The notes: generated by a model from the sequence alone, not told the origin. Shown: positions 29,478-37,821, counted from the first letter of the stretch. The stretch is 64,000 nucleotides of DNA from an uncultured Eubacteriales bacterium (GCA_959604355.1 CAUHAO010000002.1:27885-91884), one strand, 5' to 3'. A program made the numbers and translations.

Positions 29478-29560
29478 AATTAACTTCTCCTTGGTAAAGT
29501 AAAATGTCTTGTAAAAAACATAAAAATATGTTATAATTTACATGACAAGATTTCAAGTAT

Positions 29561-29589
29561 ATTATATATGTGCAAAAGGGATTTGTCAA
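29561..29589 (-). promoter_or_regulatory. sigma-A-type promoter candidate for acpP-ruvX
   Basis: The minus strand reads TTGACA-17 nt-TATAAT (perfect consensus). Confidence 0.5.
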
Positions 29590-29607
29590 GTCTTTTTGAA
29601 AGTTTTT

Positions 29608-30288
29608 TTATTCGGAGCGCGATTCGGGTAGATTTCCAGTAAACGTCCAGACGGTGCGTTCGATCGCATCGCGGCTGTTTTTCCAGTCCTCACCGGCAAA
29701 TCGGTAGTCAAATTTTTTGCAGAACCAGTCGATGTCTCCTTGCAGTGTGTCGAAGTATTTTTCTTCGATTTCCTGTGCCGTTTGAGAGAACTCCGCATAA
29801 TATTTGCGTCCCAGGTGCTTCGCACCGTATTCAAGCATGAGGCGGTAATGCGGCAGACAGAATTTCGTTTGCGCACGGAACTTGTCGCGGAATTTTCCGT
29901 CGTTGCTCCAGAGCCAAAAAATATTTGCCCACACGCTCGTCTCTTTTTCTTCAAGTCTACGGCAGATATAGCAGTCCCCGGAGAGGGCTTTGATGTATTT
30001 TTCCTGTGCGGGCGCTGATTTGCGGAAAATATCCTTGCGAACTTTTTCGAGATGGCTCTGCATTATCAGCGCGACGGGAAGACGTTTTCCCGCATGGATT
30101 ATGCCGTTGAAATGACGCTCGCAGAAGCCGTATTCGTTCGTTTTTATTCGCACGTCGGGCTCCATCATCGACGCGCCCGTAACGGCTTCGAGTTCGTTTT
30201 TTTCGAGCATCCAGAACAGCGAGCAGACGGGACATGTGTCGGTCTTTGAAAAATGCTCGTTTATCGGGATTGTATAGATATGTTCCAT
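29608..30288 (-). CDS. conserved Cys/His-rich hypothetical protein (putative zinc-binding)
   Basis: 226 aa with 'CPVC...CERH' and 'CYIC...CLPH' pairs. From memory it resembles a DUF6062-type family; this is unverified. Confidence 0.45.
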   Translation of the reverse strand: MEHIYTIPINEHFSKTDTCPVCSLFWMLEKNELEAVTGASMMEPDVRIKTNEYGFCERHFNGIIHAGKRLPVALIMQSHLEKVRKDIFRKSAPAQEKYIKALSGDCYICRRLEEKETSVWANIFWLWSNDGKFRDKFRAQTKFCLPHYRLMLEYGAKHLGRKYYAEFSQTAQEIEEKYFDTLQGDIDWFCKKFDYRFAGEDWKNSRDAIERTVWTFTGNLPESRSE

Positions 30289-30364
30289 AAGATTCTCCGA
30301 TGAAATTTTATATATTTAGTATACTACATTTTCCGCTAAAAAGAAAGAGGTTTTTGTAAAGTTT

Positions 30365-31213
30365 ATGAAAATTTGCGAGACGAACGGCAACGTATATGTT
30401 TACGGCGCGGATATAAGCCTTGACGACACATTTGACTGCGGTCAGTGCTTTCGCTGGACGAAAGGAGAGGACGGTGCTTGGACAGGCGTTGCGGGCGGCA
30501 GGGCAGTCACTATGATGCAGAAAGATGATGAGATAGTGTTTTTCGACACGTCGAAAAGTGATGTGGAGACGTTCTGGGTCGGGTATCTCGACCTCGAACA
30601 CGACTATACGCGCGTCGCGGAGCCTTTCGCGGACGACGAATACCTTTGCGCGGCGGCAAAGTTCGGCAAGGGAATACATATTCTGCGTCAGGAGCCGCTT
30701 GAGGCACTGATTTCATATATAATCTCGTCAAACAACAATATTTCGCGCATAAAGAAAATAGTAGAAGCTTTCTGCGTTATTTACGGCGACGAGATAGAAT
30801 ATCGCGGCATGAAATATCATGCTTTCCCGACACTTGAGAAGCTTTCGGCGGTCACAGTCGAGGGGATTGCACCGATACGCGCCGGATTTCGTGACAAGTA
30901 CATTTTTGACGCGGCACAGAAACTCGTTTCCGGTGAAATTGATCTTGATGCGGTATCAGCAATGACGACGGATGACGCGCGCGCGCAACTAATGAAAATA
31001 AAAGGTATAGGACAGAAAGTCGCGGACTGCGTGATGCTTTTCGGATTTGCCAGATACGAGGTTTTTCCTAAGGATGTTTGGATAAAACGCGTGATGAACG
31101 ATGTTTACGGAGATGCGTTTGACGAGCATCGTTTCGGGGCTGATGCGGGCATAATCCAGCAGTATTTTTATCATTATGCACGGAATTTCATGAAAAATGT
31201 CGGCAAGGCTTGA
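30365..31213 (+). CDS. ogg: 8-oxoguanine DNA glycosylase / AP lyase (Ogg, HhH-GPD superfamily)
   Basis: N-terminal 'LDDTFDCGQCFRW'. HhH-GPD 'MKIKGIGQKVADCVMLFG' with catalytic Lys and a downstream 'PKDVW' Asp. Confidence 0.75.
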   Translation: MKICETNGNVYVYGADISLDDTFDCGQCFRWTKGEDGAWTGVAGGRAVTMMQKDDEIVFFDTSKSDVETFWVGYLDLEHDYTRVAEPFADDEYLCAAAKFGKGIHILRQEPLEALISYIISSNNNISRIKKIVEAFCVIYGDEIEYRGMKYHAFPTLEKLSAVTVEGIAPIRAGFRDKYIFDAAQKLVSGEIDLDAVSAMTTDDARAQLMKIKGIGQKVADCVMLFGFARYEVFPKDVWIKRVMNDVYGDAFDEHRFGADAGIIQQYFYHYARNFMKNVGKA

Positions 31214-31278
31214 CAAAATAATATTCTTATGATATAATAATTAATCGGGATAAACAACTCGGAAAGGTCGTTGAAAAT

Positions 31279-32697
31279 ATGAAATACGATGTTGCGATAG
31301 TCGGTTCGGGCCCCGCGGGCATATTCACAGCGCTTGAGCTTATTAAGTGTGGGTCGAACAAAAAAATAGTAATAGTGGAAAAAGGTCAGCCTGTCGAAAA
31401 AAGACATTGTCCGAAAGCGAAAACAAAGCAATGTGTCGGCTGCAAGCCTTACTGCCATATAACAACGGGATTTTCCGGAGCAGGAGCGTTTTCCGACGGC
31501 AAACTTTCTCTGAGTTACGAGGTTGGCGGTGCATTTCCCGAACTTATAGGTGAGGAACTTGCGCAGGAACTTATAAATTACACGGATTCGATATATCTCG
31601 ATTTCGGCGCGGATGCCCATGTCGAAGGCGTTGCAGACCCCGATGCGGTAAAAGATATCCGTAAGAGGGCCATACAGGCGAACCTTAAGCTTGTTGACTG
31701 CCCGATCCGCCATCTCGGTACGGAAAAAGCGCAGGATCTCTATTTCAGAATAGAGCAGTACCTTGTCGAACACGGAGTTGACCTTATGTTCGGCTATAAC
31801 TGCACAAATATTCTTCTTGAGGATTCCGTATGCAAAGGCATTTGCGTTGAAAGCACGGACGCAAATCACACCTGCTATGATATTTATGCCGACGAAACCA
31901 TTATTGCTACCGGCAGACGCGGTGCTGAATGGCTCGAACATCTTTGCACTGAGCATGATATCGCACATCAGCCCGGCACGGTCGATATCGGTGTGCGCGT
32001 CGAAGTTCGCAACGAAATAATGGAATATGTCAATAAGGTTCTCTATGAGTCGAAGCTTATAGGCTATCCGCTGCCTTTCAAAAACAAAGTCCGTACATTC
32101 TGTCAGAATCCGGGCGGTTTCGTAAGCCAGGAAAATTATGACAATGACCTCGCAGTCGTCAACGGTCATTCATATAAGGAACTTAAATCCGACAACACGA
32201 ACCTCGCGATACTTTGCTCTCACAATTTCCGCGACCCGTTCAACCAGCCTATCGCATATGCGCAGAAAGTAGGCGAGCTGACGAATATGCTCGGTGCGGG
32301 ACATATCATGGTTCAGCGCTACGGCGACATACTTGACGGCAAACGCACATGGCCGAAAGAACTGTCTATGTCGAATGTGCGCCCGACTCTTCCCGATGCT
32401 GTTGCCGGTGATATAACAGCCGCGATGCCTTACCGCACCATGATGAACATAATCAATTTCATTCAGGCAGTCGATAACGTCGTACCCGGTTTTGCGAGCC
32501 GTGAAACGCTGCTGTATTCGCCCGAGCTCAAATTTTACAGCAACAGAATAAAAATGGACACGAATCTCGATACGAGCATCAAAGGATTGCATTGTCTGGG
32601 CGACTCAAGCGGCTGGACCCGCGGTCTGATGATGGCATCCGTAATGGGGGTCTGGATGGGAAGAAAGCTTTACGAAAAAGAAATCGCTCTCAATTGA
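31279..32697 (+). CDS. FAD-dependent oxidoreductase (COG2509-like)
   Basis: 'YDVAIVGSGPAGIFTALEL' dinucleotide-binding fold; 472 aa. Confidence 0.7.
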   Translation: MKYDVAIVGSGPAGIFTALELIKCGSNKKIVIVEKGQPVEKRHCPKAKTKQCVGCKPYCHITTGFSGAGAFSDGKLSLSYEVGGAFPELIGEELAQELINYTDSIYLDFGADAHVEGVADPDAVKDIRKRAIQANLKLVDCPIRHLGTEKAQDLYFRIEQYLVEHGVDLMFGYNCTNILLEDSVCKGICVESTDANHTCYDIYADETIIATGRRGAEWLEHLCTEHDIAHQPGTVDIGVRVEVRNEIMEYVNKVLYESKLIGYPLPFKNKVRTFCQNPGGFVSQENYDNDLAVVNGHSYKELKSDNTNLAILCSHNFRDPFNQPIAYAQKVGELTNMLGAGHIMVQRYGDILDGKRTWPKELSMSNVRPTLPDAVAGDITAAMPYRTMMNIINFIQAVDNVVPGFASRETLLYSPELKFYSNRIKMDTNLDTSIKGLHCLGDSSGWTRGLMMASVMGVWMGRKLYEKEIALN

Positions 32698-32705
32698 TAA
32701 AATAA

Positions 32706-32768
32706 AGGAGGCTGCAAAGTGGCCTCCTGTTTAAAATAAAGGAGGCTACAAAGTAGCCTCTTATTTTA
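32706..32768. terminator. tandem duplicated terminator hairpins between convergent genes
   Basis: Two ~34-bp direct repeats (AAAATAAAGGAGGCT(G/A)CAAAGT(G/A)GCCTC..). Each folds into a 7-9 bp hairpin, and the second is followed by ATTTTAT. Confidence 0.55.
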
Positions 32769-33291
32769 TATATTTTTTCAGTCTTTTCGCAAGACCCAGC
32801 GCAAGAATGATCTTGACAGCGTCCGGGATTACGAACGGTACAACACAATTCATCAGTGCTGCAAAAAAACCTATAGGGGCTTTTGTCGTTGTATATACGA
32901 TCGTATACCACGCTGTTCCGAAAGCATAGCAGCTCAACAGTCCCGAAACAACTGCAAAAGCCTGTTTCCTGATATTTTCCGGGTCTTTTGAGGTTATGAG
33001 CCAGTATATCAGCGCCGCGGGAATAAATCCGATAAGGTATCCGCCGGTAACACCGAGAAGTTTGGCTATCCCGCCCGAGAATCCGGAAAAAACGGGTACT
33101 CCCACAGCCCCGAGCAGTAAATATACCGTGACGGCGACAGTTCCGTATTTCCCGCCCAAAAACGCAAGGGCAAAGAAAATTCCGAAGGTCTGCATCGTGA
33201 ACGGAACAGGGCCGGGGATGGATATCCACGAGCATACGGCGATTATCACCGCGCAAAGCGCAATACGGGCCATGCTTTTAATGTGCTGCAT
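32761..33291 (-). CDS. bioY: biotin transporter S component BioY
   Basis: 176 aa; 'ISIPGPVPFTMQTFGIFFA', 'GGYLIGF'. Solitary ECF S component. Confidence 0.85.
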   Translation of the reverse strand: MQHIKSMARIALCAVIIAVCSWISIPGPVPFTMQTFGIFFALAFLGGKYGTVAVTVYLLLGAVGVPVFSGFSGGIAKLLGVTGGYLIGFIPAALIYWLITSKDPENIRKQAFAVVSGLLSCYAFGTAWYTIVYTTTKAPIGFFAALMNCVVPFVIPDAVKIILALGLAKRLKKYIK

Positions 33292-33326
33292 TATTTTTTT
33301 ACCTCGAACATAAAAACCTTAACAGT

Positions 33327-33358
33327 AAGGACCCGAATAGAGTTGCTCGGGTCCTTTT
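33327..33358. terminator. hairpin downstream of the ThuA array
   Basis: AAGGACCCGA/TCGGGTCCTT 10-bp stem. The T run is on the plus strand only, so terminator function for the minus-strand operon is uncertain. Confidence 0.3.
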
Positions 33359-33379
33359 CAGTCTCGATAATTATTTATT

Positions 33380-34132
33380 TCAGTCTTTAGCAAATCCGAG
33401 TTCCTGGTCAAGTCTGTTGCTCCAGAATCCTTCATAGGGCTTCTGGATGACGACATCGGCGGGAGCTGCCCAATGAACGGCGTTGTCGATTATCTTCTGA
33501 ACATACTCGTTGTGGAACGAGGGGCAGTATTCATGACCGGGCTGGAAGTAGAATATCTTGCCGAGGCCGCGGTAGAAGCAGCATCCGCTGCGGAACATAT
33601 ATCCGGGCTCATACCAGCTTGCGAAGACTATTTCATCGGGATCCGGAATGTGGAAAGGCTCCGCATAAAGCTCTTCCTGGCTCAGCACGAAGTTGAGCGG
33701 GATGCCTTTTGCGATGGGATGAGCGGGGAGAATATTCCAGACAACTTCATTGAAAAGTCTGCCCCATGTCAGGTCGCCGGAGCAGCCGATGAGAGACTGG
33801 AATATCTTTGAATGATGCGACGAATGAAGCGCTATAAGACCCATTCCGTAGAAAAGAACGCGGTTTTTTATCTTCTCGACGAGTTCGTCTTTTACCTCGT
33901 CGTGATGCGCGTAGCCCCACCAAATGAGAACGTCGGTATTGTTGAGCAGCTCGTCGGGCAGACCCTGTTCGGGATCGTCAAGGCAAACTTTTGTTATCTC
34001 AAGCTCCGCGTCCTTTGAAAGGGCGTTCGCGATAGTGCCGTGAATACCTTCGGGATATATCTCTCGAACGGAGTCTTCCTCACGTTCCATGCGGTATTCG
34101 TTCCAGATGGTAACTCTGATTTTTTCAGCCAT
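33380..34132 (-). CDS. ThuA-domain protein (GATase1-like), paralogue 1
   Basis: 250 aa; 'IRVTIWNEY', 'DVLIWWGYAHHDEV', 'GLIALHSSHHSK', 'FYFQPGHE', 'NAVHWAAP'. Confidence 0.75.
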   Translation of the reverse strand: MAEKIRVTIWNEYRMEREEDSVREIYPEGIHGTIANALSKDAELEITKVCLDDPEQGLPDELLNNTDVLIWWGYAHHDEVKDELVEKIKNRVLFYGMGLIALHSSHHSKIFQSLIGCSGDLTWGRLFNEVVWNILPAHPIAKGIPLNFVLSQEELYAEPFHIPDPDEIVFASWYEPGYMFRSGCCFYRGLGKIFYFQPGHEYCPSFHNEYVQKIIDNAVHWAAPADVVIQKPYEGFWSNRLDQELGFAKD

Positions 34133-34147
34133 TTTGATGTCCCTCCC

Positions 34148-34891
34148 TTATATGCCGTAAAGCTCGGTCAAAGGCTTGCCCGCGAATCCTTCAAGAGGAA
34201 GCGCGACGCCCGTTTTTGTCGGTGCCGCCCAGTGAACCGCATTGGTGAGTATCTGCTGGACGTATTCGTTGTAGAACGACTTGCAGAACTCGTGACCGGG
34301 TTGGAAATAGAAAATTCTGCCGAGGCCGCGGTAGAAGCAGCAGCCACTGCGGAAGATATAGCCGTTTTTGAACCATCCGCCGAAAACCCATTCATCGGGT
34401 GCGGGAATATGGAACGGCTCCGAGAAGAGCTCCTCGCTTTCGAGCAGAAAATGCTGGGGAAGACCCTGAGCGATGGGGTGGGAGGGCTTGAGATTCCATA
34501 CTATCTCGGGACGTGCGGGACCGAATGTTATTTCGCACGCTGTGCCCATGAGCTTTATGAAAGGCTTGGAATAATGCGCGGAATGCATCGGTATAAAGCC
34601 CATGCCGTAGCTTTCGACGCGCTTTTGTATTTTATTTACAAGCTCGTCGTTTACTTCGTCATGGTGCTTGTGGCCCCACCACATAAGCACGTCGGTGTTG
34701 TTTAGCACCTCGTCCGGAAGACCTTGTTCGGGGTCGTCGAGACAGACGGTTTTGACTTCGAGCGTCGGGTCTTTGGAAAGAAAGTCCGCGATAGCACCGT
34801 GGATGCCCTTGGGGTATATTTCACGTACTTCTTCTACTTCGCGTTCGTGGCGAAATTCGTTCCATACGGTAACTCTGATTTTATCAGCCAT
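34148..34891 (-). CDS. ThuA-domain protein, paralogue 2
   Basis: 247 aa, colinear with paralogue 1 ('IRVTVWNEF', 'DVLMWWGHKHHDEV', 'FYFQPGHE'). Confidence 0.75.
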   Translation of the reverse strand: MADKIRVTVWNEFRHEREVEEVREIYPKGIHGAIADFLSKDPTLEVKTVCLDDPEQGLPDEVLNNTDVLMWWGHKHHDEVNDELVNKIQKRVESYGMGFIPMHSAHYSKPFIKLMGTACEITFGPARPEIVWNLKPSHPIAQGLPQHFLLESEELFSEPFHIPAPDEWVFGGWFKNGYIFRSGCCFYRGLGRIFYFQPGHEFCKSFYNEYVQQILTNAVHWAAPTKTGVALPLEGFAGKPLTELYGI

Positions 34892-34919
34892 AATGTCTCC
34901 TTTTTTGATATTGGATTTA

Positions 34920-35975
34920 TCAGTCGATATCGTCTTCGTCTTTTTTAGGTTCGATGCCCAGCTGCTTGGTCAAAGAGTGAATATGCGGTCCGTCGAGGTA
35001 TTTAGAGCCGAAGTTTATCGGCGCGACCCAGTGAACGGCGTTTCTGATAACTCTCTGAACATGTTCATTGTAGAACGAACGGCAGTATTCGTGGCCGGGC
35101 TGGAAATAGAATATTTTGCCCATGCCTCTGTACCACGCGCAGCCGCTGCGGAAAACATATCCGTTTTTATACCAGCTTATGAATACCTGCTCGTCGGGCT
35201 GCGGGATGCAGAAGGGCTCACCGTAAGTCTCTTCGGCTTCAATGTGGATGTATTCCGGAACGCCTTCCGCTACGGGATGGTTTTTCATGACCGTCCAGAT
35301 GATCTCGGGAACGTTTGCGCCCCAGCTAAGAGAGCAGTCTGTTCCCATTAGAGCTCTGAAAGGCTTGGACATATGAGCGGAATGCAGGGGAACGAAGCCC
35401 ATTCCGTCGAAAACTACACGTTTGCGTATTCTTTCCACAAGTTCATCGGGAACTTCGTCGTGGCTCATGTGTCCCCACCAGATGAGAACATCGGTGTTGT
35501 TGAGCACGTCATCCGGCAGACCGTTGTCGGGCTCGTCGAGCGTTGCCGTTCTTACTTCAAGCTCCTCGTCCTTGTCAAGAAATTCTTTGATAAGTCCGTG
35601 GATCCCCTTGGGATATATCGCTCTTACGCTTTCTTCTTCGACCTCGTGGCGGTATTCGTTCCATACAGTAACTCTGATTTTTTTTGCCATTGATGTATTC
35701 CTCCGTAAAATGATTTCATTTTTATCATATCCGACGACTTCTCCGTTTTCTGAAAAGACCTGTATCGCGGAATCCGCGTACGGGCCGAGAAGAGCCGAAA
35801 ATGCCTCTCTGTCTGTGATGACGAAACGGTATTTGCCCGGGGCTTCCGACAGCACGTCGTTGAGTGCGTCGAGGTTTCGTCCGAAATGCGAGGGAAATGG
35901 GATTTGGCTTGCAAGGATGTCATAAAATGACGCTTTGTCTGTGATTTTTTCTGTGTCTATTATTATATCTGTCAC
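34920..35975 (-). CDS. barstar-like RNase inhibitor reading in frame into ThuA-domain paralogue 3
   Basis: GTG 35975 overlaps the barnase stop (GTGA). Residues 1-~90 resemble barstar ('FGRNLDALNDVL' versus barstar 'YGENLDALWDCL'). No stop codon follows. The 5-codon junction RRNTS contains GGAGG 9 nt before ATG 35690, which starts 'MAKKIRVTVWNEY', the same N-terminus as the other two ThuA paralogues. Confidence 0.7.
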   Translation of the reverse strand: MTDIIIDTEKITDKASFYDILASQIPFPSHFGRNLDALNDVLSEAPGKYRFVITDREAFSALLGPYADSAIQVFSENGEVVGYDKNEIILRRNTSMAKKIRVTVWNEYRHEVEEESVRAIYPKGIHGLIKEFLDKDEELEVRTATLDEPDNGLPDDVLNNTDVLIWWGHMSHDEVPDELVERIRKRVVFDGMGFVPLHSAHMSKPFRALMGTDCSLSWGANVPEIIWTVMKNHPVAEGVPEYIHIEAEETYGEPFCIPQPDEQVFISWYKNGYVFRSGCAWYRGMGKIFYFQPGHEYCRSFYNEHVQRVIRNAVHWVAPINFGSKYLDGPHIHSLTKQLGIEPKKDEDDID

Positions 35976-36565
35976 GGCTTAACTTCCTTGAAAGATTCAT
36001 AATGGTCTTCGGTGTAATAAAACAGCCCGTCATTTGAGAAAAGCAGTCTTTTCGCGCCCCTGTTTCCGCCGTGATAGTCGATGTCACATTCGGTCCACGT
36101 TCTGCCTTCTGTTTCAGGAAGCAGCCCTTCGTAGTTTCCGAACCTGTCGCCGCCTATGCTTTTGCCTTTAAAGTATTTCCACAGGTCTCCGCCTTTCCAT
36201 CCGAGATCGTTTGCCTGTTTCTTTGTTATGTAGTTCGAAGGAAGTTTTCCGTAAGTGCGTATATACTCAACGACGTCTTCAAGCGACGTGTAGGTGCCGT
36301 CTTTACGGATTGTTTCGGTAGGCTCGTTTGTCGGAGCCTCTGTGGGCCTCTGCGTCGGGGCTTGTGTGGGTTCTTCGGTAGGGGGTGCATGCGTGGGGGG
36401 CTGCGTCGGTTCCGGAGTCGGAATGTACGCTGTTTCTTCCGTCGGGAAAAGTATCTCGATTATATCATTTATGAGATCTTCATCCAATGAGCATGCCGAG
36501 AGTGTCAGCGTGAGTGCCATTACTGTGGCAAGGATCACGGCGAGTATTTTACGGAATTTTACCAT
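35972..36565 (-). CDS. barnase-family guanyl-specific ribonuclease, lipoprotein-tethered through a Pro/Thr-rich linker
   Basis: C-terminal ~110 aa are colinear with B. amyloliquefaciens barnase. The equivalents of K27, E73, R83, R87 and H102 are present ('YITKKQA', 'RTWTECDIDY', 'NRGAKRLLFS', 'TEDHYESF'). N-terminal signal with lipobox 'LSAC', then a 'PTPEPTQPPTHAPPTEEPTQAPTQRPTEAPTNEPTE' linker. ATG 36565 is preceded by GAGAGGTGG; the tracked GTG 36574 is an alternative. Confidence 0.85.
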   Translation of the reverse strand: MVKFRKILAVILATVMALTLTLSACSLDEDLINDIIEILFPTEETAYIPTPEPTQPPTHAPPTEEPTQAPTQRPTEAPTNEPTETIRKDGTYTSLEDVVEYIRTYGKLPSNYITKKQANDLGWKGGDLWKYFKGKSIGGDRFGNYEGLLPETEGRTWTECDIDYHGGNRGAKRLLFSNDGLFYYTEDHYESFKEVKP

Positions 36566-36584
36566 GCATACCACCTCTCATCAT

Positions 36585-36613
36585 ATTATAACTCATTTTA
36601 TTCCGTTTGTCAA
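36585..36613 (-). promoter_or_regulatory. sigma-A-type promoter candidate for the barnase operon
   Basis: The minus strand reads TTGACA-17 nt-TATAAT (perfect consensus), immediately downstream of the preceding gene's terminator. Confidence 0.55.
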
Positions 36614-36615
36614 GC

Positions 36616-36668
36616 AAAAAAAGGTAAAAAATCGGCGGAAACATGCGTTTTTTACGCCGCTCCCGCCG
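36616..36668 (-). terminator. intrinsic terminator after the FKBP/trigger-factor-like lipoprotein gene
   Basis: The minus strand has a CGGCGG...CCGCCG stem with an inner GCGT/ACGC hairpin, followed by ATTTTTTACCTTTTTTT. Confidence 0.6.
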
Positions 36669-36678
36669 TGCTGTTTTT

Positions 36679-37821
36679 TTATTTTTCTATTGAATTGGAT
36701 GTTATGAAATCGAGAACTTTCTGGTTTTGCAAAGTGTAATGGATCTGTCCCTCGGTGAATTCGTCGATAAAATCCTGACGGCTCTCGAAATTGTAGTCGT
36801 CAAAGTCGCCGGATGCAAGGTATTCGTCTATTCCCGCGTAGTATTCTTCGTCTGTGAGCATGAGATTTTCCTTGTCGGTGATTGCTTTGCAGACGAGGTC
36901 GAATTTACAGTTATCCTCAGCGTTTTCTTTCGCGACGTCATAGAATTTTTCCTGTGAGCCGAAATAATCCTCTATGAACTCGGTAAATGAGTTTATACCG
37001 TAATACATCGACAGCATTGACTGGTAATTCGTATAGTACATTCTGTAATAGTCAACGAAATAGTCGTAGTAATAATTGTAAAGCTGTTCGGGCAGGGAAG
37101 AGAATTCCGAATCTTTGATTATCTGTGCCATGATGTGGCTCTGCTTATTCTGAACTCTGTCCTGATGGTAGCTTTCTTCTATCTTCTTCGTCACGTCGGA
37201 GATGTATTCGTCTACAGTCTTTGAATCCGATACTTCGGCAACTATTTCGTCCGTCAGCTCATCAAGCTCGAACTGCTCATTGATGCAATGTACGGTAACT
37301 TCGAAAACCACCTGTTTGCCGTTGAGCTCATCCACTCCGTAGTCTTCGGGGAAGGTGAGTTCAAGCACCACGGGCGTGTCTTCGGAAGGTATCGCGCCGA
37401 CAAGGCCGTCTTCAAACCCGTCAATATAGTTCGCGTGACCCACGGTTATTTTTATAGGCTCATTCGTCGAACCGCCTTCGAATTGCTCTCCGTCAATGTA
37501 GCCGACAAATTCTATGGTTATCAGGTCATCTTCCTCAACGGCTCTGTCGGTCACTTTTTTATAGATGTCCGCTTCAGCGAGGTCGGAACGCACCATTGCG
37601 ATTATATCGGTAGCTTCCGCCTTTGGGTACATTTCAATTTCTGCACCATTGTAGACCGCAAGGGTCTTTATATAGTCTTTGTAGTTGTATTCGATGTCGT
37701 AAAGCTCAACGTCTTCCGTGGGCGCCTCTGTCGGCTCTTGCGTGGGATCGGTCGTCGTGCCGCAGGCACAAAATACCGTGCAAAGCGCGAGAATCAGCGT
37801 TAGTAGTGATATTTTTTTCAT
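36679..37821 (-). CDS. lipoprotein with trigger-factor-like FKBP-type peptidyl-prolyl isomerase domain
   Basis: Lipobox 'VFCAC'. 'ITIEFVGYIDGEQFEGGS...ITVGHANYIDGFEDGLVG' is the trigger-factor PPIase signature; 380 aa. Confidence 0.65.
   Translation of the reverse strand: MKKISLLTLILALCTVFCACGTTTDPTQEPTEAPTEDVELYDIEYNYKDYIKTLAVYNGAEIEMYPKAEATDIIAMVRSDLAEADIYKKVTDRAVEEDDLITIEFVGYIDGEQFEGGSTNEPIKITVGHANYIDGFEDGLVGAIPSEDTPVVLELTFPEDYGVDELNGKQVVFEVTVHCINEQFELDELTDEIVAEVSDSKTVDEYISDVTKKIEESYHQDRVQNKQSHIMAQIIKDSEFSSLPEQLYNYYYDYFVDYYRMYYTNYQSMLSMYYGINSFTEFIEDYFGSQEKFYDVAKENAEDNCKFDLVCKAITDKENLMLTDEEYYAGIDEYLASGDFDDYNFESRQDFIDEFTEGQIHYTLQNQKVLDFITSNSIEK

Noticed and set aside
29509-29537. Plus-strand TTGTAA-17-TATAAT promoter-like sequence upstream of acpP, pointing away from it.
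   Set aside because: It would only drive antisense transcription into the 3' end of the upstream minus-strand gene. This is probably chance in AT-rich promoter DNA, and the minus-strand consensus promoter nearby explains the region.
31174-32169. 331-aa ORF antisense to the FAD-dependent oxidoreductase.
   Set aside because: Shadow frame. It also overlaps the ogg 3' end and the intergenic promoter region.
33292-33379. BirA operator upstream of bioY.
   Set aside because: No TGTnAAC-N14-16-GTTnACA type palindrome is present. Only a GC-rich hairpin is there, better explained as the end of the upstream operon.
33473-35925. Plus-strand ORFs of 112-227 aa across the ThuA/barstar region.
   Set aside because: They are antisense to three paralogous genes with clear family motifs, and they repeat only because the sense genes repeat.
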